Origin: Auanema rhodensis
Taxonomy: Eukaryota; Animalia; Nematoda
Direction of reading: 5' to 3'
Length of the DNA: 64,000 nt
Assembly: GCA_964057225.1 (NCBI GenBank)
Contig: OZ059900.1
Location: 21,328,001-21,392,000 of the forward strand
Positions 51,931 to 64,000 of this stretch are shown here, piece by piece. The notes beneath the pieces are model-generated. The model did no database searches. It saw nothing but the letters and a program-made list of their open reading frames with translations, and was not told the origin of the DNA. A program made the translations under genes and the position numbers. How positions within the stretch are numbered: the stretch's first letter is position 1; every line of letters starts with the position of its first letter.

Positions 51931-54339
51931 AAATGAAGCATTTTACATGCTGAACACTAGAAAAATACAAAAACACAGTATTTCCCATGAGAAATATTTT
52001 ATTATGCTGGAAAACCAGTTTTTGGAAATTTCGCTGTAAACAAGGTTTAGACTTACGATTTCATGTGTTCAAACTCATGCAATGTCAATGAAACCTAGCT
52101 CAAAATTGTTCCTACAACGTCTAGTTCCACTTTCACGACAAAAAAACAGGGGTTAGAAAATTAAGGAAATTAGCATATTCTGAGGGCACGCCCCTTATGG
52201 CTAATATTGATTAAATCGATTTTTGTTCATATGAGTCGTCAAATGCAACGAATTTCAGCGTGTTACATACAATGAAGCATTTCACATGCTGAACACTAGA
52301 AAAATACAAAAACACAGTATTTCCCATGAGAAATATTTTATTATGCTGGAAAACCAGTTTTTGGAAATTTCGCTGTAAACAAGTTTTTGACTTACGATTT
52401 CATGTGTTCAAACTCATGCAATGTCAATGAAACCTAGCTCAAAATTGTTCCTACAACGTCTAGTTCCACTTTCACGACAAAAAAACAGGGGTTAGAAAAT
52501 TAAGGAAATTAGCATATTCTGAGGGCACGCCTCTTATGGCTAATATTGATTAAATCGATTTTTGTTCATATGAGTCGTCAAATGCAACGAATTTCAGCGT
52601 GTTACATACTAAAATGAAGCATTTTACATGCTGAACACTATAAAATTACAAAAACACAGTATTTCCCATGAGAAATATTTTATTATGCTGGAAAACCAGT
52701 TTTTGGAAATTTCGCTGTAAACAAGGTTTTGACTTACGATTTCATGTGTTCAAACTCATGCAATGTCAATGAAACCTAGCTCAAAATTGTTCCTACAACG
52801 TCTAGTTCCACTTTCACGACAAAAAACAGGGGTTAGAAAATTAAGGAAATTAGCATATTCTGAGGGCACGCCCCTTATGGCTAATATTGATTAAATCGAT
52901 TTTTGTTCATATGAGTCGTCAAATGCAACGAATTTCAGCGTGTTACATACTAAAATGGAGCATTTTACATGCTGAACACTAGAAAAATACAAAAACACAG
53001 TATTTCCCATGAGAAATATTTTATTATGCTGGAAAACCAGTTTTTGGAAATTTCGCTGTAAACAAGGTTTTGACTTACGATTTCATGTGTTCAAACTCAT
53101 GCAATGTCAATGAAACCTAGCTCAAAATTGTTCCTACAACGTCTAGTTCCACTTTCACGACAAAAAAACAGGGGTTAGAAAATTAAGGAAATTAGCATAT
53201 TCTGAGGGCACGCCCCTTTGGGCAATATTGATTAAATCGATTTTTGTTCATATGAGTCGTCAAATGCAACGAATTTCAGCGTGTTACATACTAAAATGAA
53301 GCATTTCACATGCTGAACACTAGAAAAATACAAAAACACAGTATTTCCCATGAGAAATATTTTATTATGCTGGAAAACCAGTTTTTGGAAATTTCGCTGT
53401 AAACAAGGTTTTGACTTACGATTTCATGTGTTCAAACTCATGCAATGTCAATGAAACCTAGCTCAAAATTGTTCCTACAACGTCTAGTTCCACTTTCACG
53501 ACAAAAAAACAGGGGTTAGAAAATTAAGGAAATTAGCATATTCTGAGGGCACGCCCCTTATGGCTAATATTGATTAAATCGATTTTTGTTCATATGAGTC
53601 GTCAAATGCAACGAATTTCAGCGTGTTACATACTAAAATGAAGCATTTTACATGCTGAACACTAGAAAAATACAAAAACACAGTATTTCTCATGAGAAAT
53701 ATTTTATTATGCTGGAAAACCAGTTTTTGGAAATTTCGCTGTAAACAAGGTTTTGACTTACGATTTCATGTGTTCAAACTCATGCAATGTCAATGAAACC
53801 TAGCTCAAAATTGTTTGTACAACGTCTAGTTCCACTTTCACGACAAAAAAACAGGGGTTAGAAAATTAAGGAAATTAGCATATTCTGAGGGCACGCCCCT
53901 TATGGCTAATATTGATTAAATCGATTTTTGTTCATATGAGTCGTCAAATGCAACGAATTTCAGCGTGTTACATACTAAAATGAAGCATTTCACATGCTGA
54001 ACACTAGAAAAATACAAAAACACAGTATTTCCCATGAGAAATATTTTATTATGCTGGAAAACCAGTTTTTGGAAATTTCGCTGTAAACAAGTTTTTGACT
54101 TACGATTTTATGTGTTCAAACTCATGCAATGTCAATGAAACCTAGCTCATAATTGTTCCTACAACGTCTAGTTCCACTTTCACGACAAAAAAACAGGGGT
54201 TAGAAAATTAAGGAAATTAGCATATTCTGAGGGCACGCCTCTTATGGCTAATATTGATTAAATCGATTTTTGTTCATATGAGTCGTCAAATGCAACGAAT
54301 TTCAGCGTGTTACATACTAAAATGAAGCATTTTACATGC

Positions 54340-56390
54340 TGAACACTATAAAAATACAAAAACACAGTATTTCCCATGAGAAATATTTTATTATGCTGGA
54401 AAACCAGTTTTTGGAAATTTCGCTGTAAACAAGGTTTTGACTTACGATTTCATCTGTTCAAACTCATGCAATGTCAATGAAACCTAGCTCAAAATTGTTC
54501 GTACAACGTCTAGTTCCACTTTCACGACAAAAAAACAGGGGTTAGAAAATTAAGGAAATTAGCATATTCTGAGGGCACGCCCCTTATGGCTAATATTGAT
54601 TAAATCGATTTTTGTTCATATGAGTAGTCAAATGCAACGAATTTCAGCGTGTCACATACTAAAATGAAGCATTTTACATGCTGAACACTAGAAAAATACA
54701 AAAACACAGTATTTCCCATGAGAAATATTTTATTATGCTGGAAAACCAGTTTTTGGAAATTTCGCTGTAAACAAGGTTTTGACTTACGATTTCATGTGTT
54801 CAAACTCATGCAATGTCAATGAAACCTAGCTCAAAATTGTTCGTACAACGTCTAGTTCCACTTTCACGACAAAAAAACAGGGGTTAGAAAATTAAGGAAA
54901 TTAGCATATTCTGAGGGCACGCCCCTTATGGCTAATATTGATTAAATCGATTTTTGTTCATATGAGTCGTCAAATGCAACGAATTTCAGCGTGTTACATA
55001 CTAAAATGAAGCATTTTACATGCTGAACACTATAAAAATACAAAAACACAGTATTTCCCATGAGAAATATTTTATTATGCTGGAAAACCAGTTTTTGGAA
55101 ATTTCGCTGTAAACAAGGTTTTGACTTACGATTTCATCTGTTCAAACTCATGCAATGTCAATGAAACCTAGCTCAAAATTGTTCGTACAACGTCTAGTTC
55201 CACTTTCACGACAAAAAAACAGGGGTTAGAAAATTAAGGAAATTAGCATATTCTGAGGGCACGCCCCTTATGGCTAATATTGATTAAATCGATTTTTGTT
55301 CATATGAGTAGTCAAATGCAACGAATTTCAGCGTGTTACATACTAAAATGAAGCATTTTACATGCTGAACACTAGAAAAATACAAAAACACAGTATTTCC
55401 CATGAGAAATATTTTATTATGCTGGAAAACCAGTTTTTGGAAATTTCGCTGTAAACAAGGTTTTGACTTACGATTTCATGTGTTCAAACTCATGCAATGT
55501 CAATGAAACCTAGCTCAAAATTGTTCGTACAACGTCTAGTTCCACTTTCACGACAAAAAAACAGGGGTTAGAAAATTAAGGAAATTAGCATATTCTGAGG
55601 GCACGCCCCTTATGGCTAATATTGATTAAATCGATTTTTGTTCATATGAGTCGTCAAATGCAACGAATTTCAGCGTGTTACATACTAAAATGAAGCATTT
55701 TACATGCTGAACACTATAAAAATACAAAAACACAGTATTTCCCATGAGAAATATTTTATTATGCTGGAAAACCAGTTTTTGGAAATTTCGCTGTAAACAA
55801 GGTTTTGACTTACGATTTCATCTGTTCAAACTCATGCAATGTCAATGAAACCTAGCTCAAAATTGTTCGTACAACGTCTAGTTCCACTTTCACGACAAAA
55901 AAACAGGGGTTAGAAAATTAAGGAAATTAGCATATTCTGAGGGCACGCCCCTTATGGCTAATATTGATTAAATCGATTTTTGTTCATATGAGTAGTCAAA
56001 TGCAACGAATTTCAGCGTGTCACATACTAAAATGAAGCATTTTACATGCTGAACATTAGAAAAATACAAAAACACAGTATTTCCCATGAGAAATATTTTA
56101 TTATGCTGGAAAACCAGTTTTTGGAAATTTCGCTGTAAACAAGGTTTTGACTTACGATTTCATGTGTTCAAACTCATGCAATGTCAATGAAACCTAGCTC
56201 AAAATTGTTCGTACAACGTCTAGTTCCACTTTCACGACAAAAAAACAGGGGTTAGAAAATTAAGGAAATTAGCATATTCTGAGGGCACGCCCCTTATGGC
56301 TAATATTGATTAAATCGATTTTTGTTCATATGAGTCGTCAAATGCAACGAATTTCAGCGTGTTACATACTAAAATGAAGCATTTTACATG
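54340..56390. repeat. Three copies of a 2-monomer (684 bp) unit
   Basis: CATCTGTTCA at 54451, 55135 and 55819, each with ACTATAAAA upstream and GAGTAGTC downstream, alternating with a near-consensus monomer. Confidence 0.85.
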
Positions 56391-59300
56391 CTGAACACTA
56401 GAAAAATACAAAAACACAGTATTTCCCATGAGAAATATTTTATTATGCTGGAAAACCAGTTTTTGGAAATTTCGCTGTAAACAAGGTTTTGACTTACGAT
56501 TTCATGTGTTCAAACTCATGCAATGTCAATGAAACCTAGCTCAAAATTGTTCCGACAACGTCTAGTTCCACTTTCACGACAAAAAAACAGGGGTTAGAAA
56601 ATTAAGGAAATTAGCATATTCTGAGGGCACGCCCCTTATGGCTAATATTGATTAAATCGATTTTTGTTCATATGAGTCGTCAAATGAAACGAATTTCAGC
56701 GTGTTACATACTAAAATGAAGCATTTTACATGCTGAACACTATAAAAATACAAAAACACAGTATTTCCCATGAGAAATATTTTATTATGCTGGAAAACCA
56801 GTTTTTGGAAAGTTCGCTGTAAATAAGGTTTTGACATACGATTTCATGTGTTCAAACTCATGCAATGTCAATGAAACCTAGCTCAAAATTGTTCCTACAA
56901 CGTCTAGTTCCACTTTCACGACAAAAAAACAGGGGTTAGAAAATTAAGGAAATTAGCATATTCTGAGGGCACGCCCCTTATGGCTAATATTGATTAAATC
57001 GATTTTTGTTCATATGAGTCGTCAAATGAAACGAATTTCAGCGTGTTACATACTAAAATGAAGCATTTTACATGCTGAACACTATAAAAATACAAAAACA
57101 CAGTATTTCCCATGAGAAATATTTTATTATGCTGGAAAACCAGTTTTTGGAAATTTCGCTGTAAACAAGGTTTTGACTTACGATTTCATGTGTTCAAACT
57201 CATGCAATGTCAATGAAACCTAGCTCAAAATTGTTCCTACAACGTCTAGTTCCACTTTCACGACAAAAAAACAGGGGTTAGAAAATTAAGGAAATTAGCA
57301 TATTCTGAGGGCACGCCCCTTATGGCTAATATTGATTAAATCGATTTTTGTTCATATGAGTCGTCAAATGAAACGAATTTCAGCGTGTTACATACTAAAA
57401 TGAAGCATTTTACATGCTGAACACTATAAAAATACAAAAACACAGTATTTCCCATGAGAAATATTTTATTATGCTGGAAAACCAGTTTTTGGAAAGTTCG
57501 CTGTAAATAAGGTTTTGACATACGATTTCATGTGTTCAAACTCATGCAATGTCAATGAAACCTAGCTCAAAATTGTTCGTACAACGTCTAGTTCCACTTT
57601 CACGACAAAAAAACAGGGGTTAGAAAATTAAGGAAATTAGCATATTCTGAGGGCACGCCCCTTATGGCTAGTATTGATTAAATCGATTTTTGTTCATATG
57701 AGTCGTCAAATGCAACGAATTTCAGCGTGTTACATACTAAAATGAAGCATTTCACATGCTGAACACTAGAAAAATACAAAAACACAGTATTTCCCATGAG
57801 AAATATTTTATTATGCTGGAAAACCAGTTTTTGGAAATTTCGCTGTAAACAAGGTTTTGACTTACGATTTCATGTGTTCAAACTCATGCAATGTCAATGA
57901 AACCTAGCTCAAAATTGTTCCTACAACGTCTAGTTCCACTTTCACGACAAAAAACAGGGGTTAGAAAATTAAGGAAATTAGCATATTCTGAGGGCACGCC
58001 CCTTATGGCTAATATTGATTAAATCGATTTTTGTTCATATGAGTCGTCAAATGCAACGAATTTCAGCGTGTTACATACTAAAATGAAGCATTTTACATGC
58101 TGAACACTAGAAAAATACAAAAACACAGTATTTCCCATGAGAAATATTTTATTATGCTGGAAAACCAGTTTTTGGAAATTTCGCTGTAAACAAGGTTTAG
58201 ACTTACGATTTCATGTGTTCAAACTCATGCAATGTCAATGAAACCTAGCTCAAAATTGTTCCTACAACGTCTAGTTCCACTTTCACGACAAAAAAACAGG
58301 GGTTAGAAAATTAAGGAAATTAGCATATTCTGAGGGCACGCCCCTTATGGCTAATATTGATTAAATCGATTTTTGTTCATATGAGTCGTCAAATGCAACG
58401 AATTTCAGCGTGTTACATACAATGAAGCATTTCACATGCTGAACACTAGAAAAATACAAAAACACAGTATTTCCCATGAGAAATATTTTATTATGCTGGA
58501 AAACCAGTTTTTGGAAATTTCGCTGTAAACAAGGTTTTGACTTACGATTTCATGTGTTCAAACTCATGCAATGTCAATGAAACCTAGCTCAAAATTGTTC
58601 CTACAACGTCTAGTTCCACTTTCACGACAAAAAACAGGGGTTAGAAAATTAAGGAAATTAGCATATTCTGAGGGCACGCCCCTTATGGCTAATATTGATT
58701 AAATCGATTTTTGTTCATATGAGTCGTCAAATGCAACGAATTTCAGCGTGTTACATACTAAAATGAAGCATTTTACATGCTGAACACTAGAAAAATACAA
58801 AAACACAGTATTTCCCATGAGAAATATTTTATTATGCTGGAAAACCAGTTTTTGGAAATTTCGCTGTAAACAAGGTTTTGACTTACGATTTCATGTGTTC
58901 AAACTCATGCAATGTCAATGAAACCTAGCTCAAAATTGTTCCTACAACGTCTAGTTCCACTTTCACGACAAAAAAACAGGGGTTAGAAAATTAAGGAAAT
59001 TAGCATATTCTGAGGGCACGCCCCTTATGGCTAATATTGATTAAATCGATTTTTGTTCATATGAGTCGTCAAATGCAACGAATTTCAGCGTGTTACATAC
59101 TAAAATGAAGCATTTTACATGCTGAACACTAGAAAAATACAAAAACACAGTATTTCTCATGAGAAATATTTTATTATGCTGGAAAACCAGTTTTTGGAAA
59201 TTTCGCTGTAAACAAGGTTTTGACTTACGATTTCATGTGTTCAAACTCATGCAATGTCAATGAAACCTAGCTCAAAATTGTTTGTACAACGTCTAGTTCC

Positions 59301-59799
59301 ACTTTCACGACAAAAAAACAGGGGTTAGAAAATTAAGGAAATTAGCATATTCTGAGGGCACGCCCCTTATGGCTAATATTGATTAAATCGATTTTTGTTC
59401 ATATGAGTCGTCAAATGCAACGAATTTCAGCGTGTTACATACTAAAATGAAGCATTTCACATGCTGAACACTAAAAAAATACAAAAACACAGTATTTCCC
59501 ATGAGAAATATTTTATTATGCTGGAAAACCAGTTTTTGGAAATTTCGCTGTAAACAAGTTTTTGACTTACGATTTTATGTGTTCAAACTCATGCAATGTC
59601 AATGAAACCTAGCTCATAATTGTTCCTACAACGTCTAGTTCCACTTTCACGACAAAAAAACAGGGGTTAGAAAATTAAGGAAATTAGCATATTCTGAGGG
59701 CACGCCTCTTATGGCTAATATTGATTAAATCGATTTTTGTTCATATGAGTCGTCAAATGCAACGAATTTCAGCGTGTTACATACTAAAATGAAGCATTT

Positions 59800-62700
59800 T
59801 ACATGCTGAACACTATAAAAATACAAAAACACAGTATTTCCCATGAGAAATATTTTATTATGCTGGAAAACCAGTTTTTGGAAATTTCGCTGTAAACAAG
59901 GTTTTGACTTACGATTTCATCTGTTCAAACTCATGCAATGTCAATGAAACCTAGCTCAAAATTGTTCGTACAACGTCTAGTTCCACTTTCACGACAAAAA
60001 AACAGGGGTTAGAAAATTAAGGAAATTAGCATATTCTGAGGGCACGCCCCTTATGGCTAATATTGATTAAATCGATTTTTGTTCATATGAGTAGTCAAAT
60101 GCAACGAATTTCAGCGTGTCACATACTAAAATGAAGCATTTTACATGCTGAACACTAGAAAAATACAAAAACACAGTATTTCCCATGAGAAATATTTTAT
60201 TATGCTGGAAAACCAGTTTTTGGAAATTTCGCTGTAAACAAGGTTTTGACTTACGATTTCATGTGTTCAAACTCATGCAATGTCAATGAAACCTAGCTCA
60301 AAATTGTTCGTACAACGTCTAGTTCCACTTTCACGACAAAAAAACAGGGGTTAGAAAATTAAGGAAATTAGCATATTCTGAGGGCACGCCCCTTATGGCT
60401 AATATTGATTAAATCGATTTTTGTTCATATGAGTCGTCAAATGCAACGAATTTCAGCGTGTTACATACTAAAATGAAGCATTTTACATGCTGAACACTAG
60501 AAAAATACAAAAACACAGTATTTCCCATGAGAAATATTTTATTATGCTGGAAAACCAGTTTTTGGAAATTTCGCTGTAAACAAGGTTTTGACTTACGATT
60601 TCATGTGTTCAAACTCATGCAATGTCAATGAAACCTATCTCAAAATTGTTCCTACAACGTCTAGTTCCACTTTCACGACAAAAAAACAGGGGTTAGAAAA
60701 TTAAGGAAATTAGCATATTCTGAGGGCACGCCCCTTATGGCTAATATTGATTAAATCGATTTTTGTTCATATGAGTCGTCAAATGAAACGAATTTCAGCG
60801 TGTTACATACTAAAATGAAGCATTTTACATGCTGAACACTATAAAAATACAAAAACACAGTATTTCCCATGAGAAATATTTTATTATGCTGGAAAACCAG
60901 TTTTTGGAAATTTCGCTGTAAACAAGTTTTTGACTTACGATTTCATGTGTTCAAACTCATGCAATGTCAATGAAACCTAGCTCATAATTGTTCCTACAAC
61001 GTCTAGTTCCACTTTCACGACAAAAAAACAGGGGTTAGAAAATTAAGGAAATTAGCATATTCTGAGGGCACGCCTCTTATGGCTAATATTGATTAAATCG
61101 ATTTTTGTTCATATGAGTCGTCAAATGCAACGAATTTCAGCGTGTTACATACTAAAATGAAGCATTTTACATGCTGAACACTATAAAAATACAAAAACAC
61201 AGTATTTCCCATGAGAAATATTTTATTATGCTGGAAAACCAGTTTTTGGAAATTTCGCTGTAAACAAGGTTTTGACTTACGATTTCATCTGTTCAAACTC
61301 ATGCAATGTCAATGAAACCTAGCTCAAAATTGTTCGTACAACGTCTAGTTCCACTTTCACGACAAAAAAACAGGGGTTAGAAAATTAAGGAAATTAGCAT
61401 ATTCTGAGGGCACGCCCCTTATGGCTAATATTGATTAAATCGATTTTTGTTCATATGAGTAGTCAAATGCAACGAATTTCAGCGTGTTACATACTAAAAT
61501 GAAGCATTTTACATGCTGAACACTAGAAAAATACAAAAACACAGTATTTCCCATGAGAAATATTTTATTATGCTGGAAAACCAGTTTTTGGAAATTTCGC
61601 TGTAAACAAGGTTTTGACTTACGATTTCATGTGTTCAAACTCATGCAATGTCAATGAAACCTAGCTCAAAATTGTTCGTACAACGTCTAGTTCCACTTTC
61701 ACGACAAAAAAACAGGGGTTAGAAAATTAAGGAAATTAGCATATTCTGAGGGCACGCCCCTTATGGCTAATATTGATTAAATCGATTTTTGTTCATATGA
61801 GTCGTCAAATGCAACGAATTTCAGCGTGTTACATACTAAAATGAAGCATTTTACATGCTGAACACTATAAAAATACAAAAACACAGTATTTCCCATGAGA
61901 AATATTTTATTATGCTGGAAAACCAGTTTTTGGAAATTTCGCTGTAAACAAGGTTTTGACTTACGATTTCATCTGTTCAAACTCATGCAATGTCAATGAA
62001 ACCTAGCTCAAAATTGTTCGTACAACGTCTAGTTCCACTTTCACGACAAAAAAACAGGGGTTAGAAAATTAAGGAAATTAGCATATTCTGAGGGCACGCC
62101 CCTTATGGCTAATATTGATTAAATCGATTTTTGTTCATATGAGTAGTCAAATGCAACGAATTTCAGCGTGTCACATACTAAAATGAAGCATTTTACATGC
62201 TGAACATTAGAAAAATACAAAAACACAGTATTTCCCATGAGAAATATTTTATTATGCTGGAAAACCAGTTTTTGGAAATTTCGCTGTAAACAAGGTTTTG
62301 ACTTACGATTTCATGTGTTCAAACTCATGCAATGTCAATGAAACCTAGCTCAAAATTGTTCGTACAACGTCTAGTTCCACTTTCACGACAAAAAAACAGG
62401 GGTTAGAAAATTAAGGAAATTAGCATATTCTGAGGGCACGCCCCTTATGGCTAATATTGATTAAATCGATTTTTGTTCATATGAGTCGTCAAATGCAACG
62501 AATTTCAGCGTGTTACATACTAAAATGAAGCATTTTACATGCTGAACACTAGAAAAATACAAAAACACAGTATTTCCCATGAGAAATATTTTATTATGCT
62601 GGAAAACCAGTTTTTGGAAATTTCGCTGTAAACAAGGTTTTGACTTACGATTTCATGTGTTCAAACTCATGCAATGTCAATGAAACCTATCTCAAAATTG

Positions 62701-63900
62701 TTCCTACAACGTCTAGTTCCACTTTCACGACAAAAAAACAGGGGTTAGAAAATTAAGGAAATTAGCATATTCTGAGGGCACGCCCCTTATGGCTAATATT
62801 GATTAAATCGATTTTTGTTCATATGAGTCGTCAAATGAAACGAATTTCAGCGTGTTACATACTAAAATGAAGCATTTTACATGCTGAACACTATAAAAAT
62901 ACAAAAACACAGTATTTCCCATGAGAAATATTTTATTATGCTGGAAAACCAGTTTTTGGAAATTTCGCTGTAAACAAGTTTTTGACTTACGATTTCATGT
63001 GTTGAAACTCATGCAATGTCAATGAAACCTAGCTCATAATTGTTCCTACAACGTCTAGTTCCACTTTCACGACAAAAAAACAGGGGTTAGAAAATTAAGG
63101 AAATTAGCATATTCTGAGGGCACGCCTCTTATGGCTAATATTGATTAAATCGATTTTTGTTCATATGAGTCGTCAAATGCAACGAATTTCAGCGTGTTAC
63201 ATACTAAAATGAAGCATTTTACATGCTGAACACTATAAAAATACAAAAACACAGTATTTCCCATGAGAAATATTTTATTATGCTGGAAAACCAGTTTTTG
63301 GAAATTTCGCTGTAAACAAGGTTTTGACTTACGATTTCATCTGTTCAAACTCATGCAATGTCAATGAAACCTAGCTCAAAATTGTTCGTACAACGTCTAG
63401 TTCCACTTTCACGACAAAAAAACAGGGGTTAGAAAATTAAGGAAATTAGCATATTCTGAGGGCACGCCCCTTATGGCTAATATTGATTAAATCGATTTTT
63501 GTTCATATGAGTAGTCAAATGCAACGAATTTCAGCGTGTTACATACTAAAATGAAGCATTTTACATGCTGAACACTAGAAAAATACAAAAACACAGTATT
63601 TCCCATGAGAAATATTTTATTATGCTGGAAAACCAGTTTTTGGAAATTTCGCTGTAAACAAGGTTTTGACTTACGATTTCATGTGTTCAAACTCATGCAA
63701 TGTCAATGAAACCTAGCTCAAAATTGTTCGTACAACGTCTAGTTCCACTTTCACGACAAAAAAACAGGGGTTAGAAAATTAAGGAAATTAGCATATTCTG
63801 AGGGCACGCCCCTTATGGCTAATATTGATTAAATCGATTTTTGTTCATATGAGTCGTCAAATGCAACGAATTTCAGCGTGTTACATACTAAAATGAAGCA
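59800..63900. repeat. Tandem duplication of a 6-monomer unit (2,052 bp)
   Basis: AAACCTATCT at 60631/62683 and CATCTG at 59918/61970 and 61286/63338 are all 2,052 apart (6 x 342). A few private differences exist (GAACATT at 62202, GTTGAAAC at 63001). Confidence 0.87.
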
Positions 63901-64000
63901 TTTTACATGCTGAACACTAGAAAAATACAAAAACACAGTATTTCCCATGAGAAATATTTTATTATACTGGAAACCAGTTTTTGGAATTTTCGCTGTAAAC

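Larger units (their letters stand above)
1..64000. repeat. Satellite DNA tandem array, 342-bp monomer, ~187 head-to-tail copies, highly homogeneous
   Basis: TGAACACTAGAAAAATAC begins at 1, 343, 684, 1025 and so on through 63911. Every part of the window matches the same unit in the same orientation, typically with 0-5 differences per monomer. The array runs off both window edges. Confidence 0.99.

Noticed and set aside
49821-57521. Four identical 61-aa minus-strand ORFs
   Set aside because: The GACTTAC>GACATAC variant creates an ATG on the minus strand in a short stop-free frame shared by most monomers. No evidence of coding constraint.
1-64000. CRISPR array or repeat-spacer system
   Set aside because: There are no unique spacers; the entire 342-bp unit repeats and no cas-like ORFs are present.

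Overview
The whole 64,000-bp window is one uninterrupted, single-orientation, head-to-tail tandem array of a 342-bp AT-rich monomer (about 187 copies; 33.6% GC by hand count of monomer 1). It is a eukaryotic-type satellite DNA, plausibly centromeric or pericentromeric, although that location cannot be shown from sequence alone. I see no credible genes, RNA genes, mobile elements or CRISPR array; all nine ORFs are chance read-throughs of variant monomers. Three layers of structure are worth attention. (i) The monomer looks like a highly decayed dimer of ~171-bp subunits, is dense in short dyad symmetries and has ~10-bp phased A/T tracts. (ii) Rare diagnostic variants reveal nested local duplications offset by 1 to 20 monomers instead of one fixed higher-order repeat; the cleanest is a 3,758-bp 11-mer tandem duplication at about 35.2-42.9 kb. 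(iii) Variants form regional domains and mosaic haplotypes that record unequal exchange or gene conversion. I found no evidence for a novel protein-coding system; any novelty lies in the satellite and its array architecture. All variant lists were read by eye and may be incomplete.
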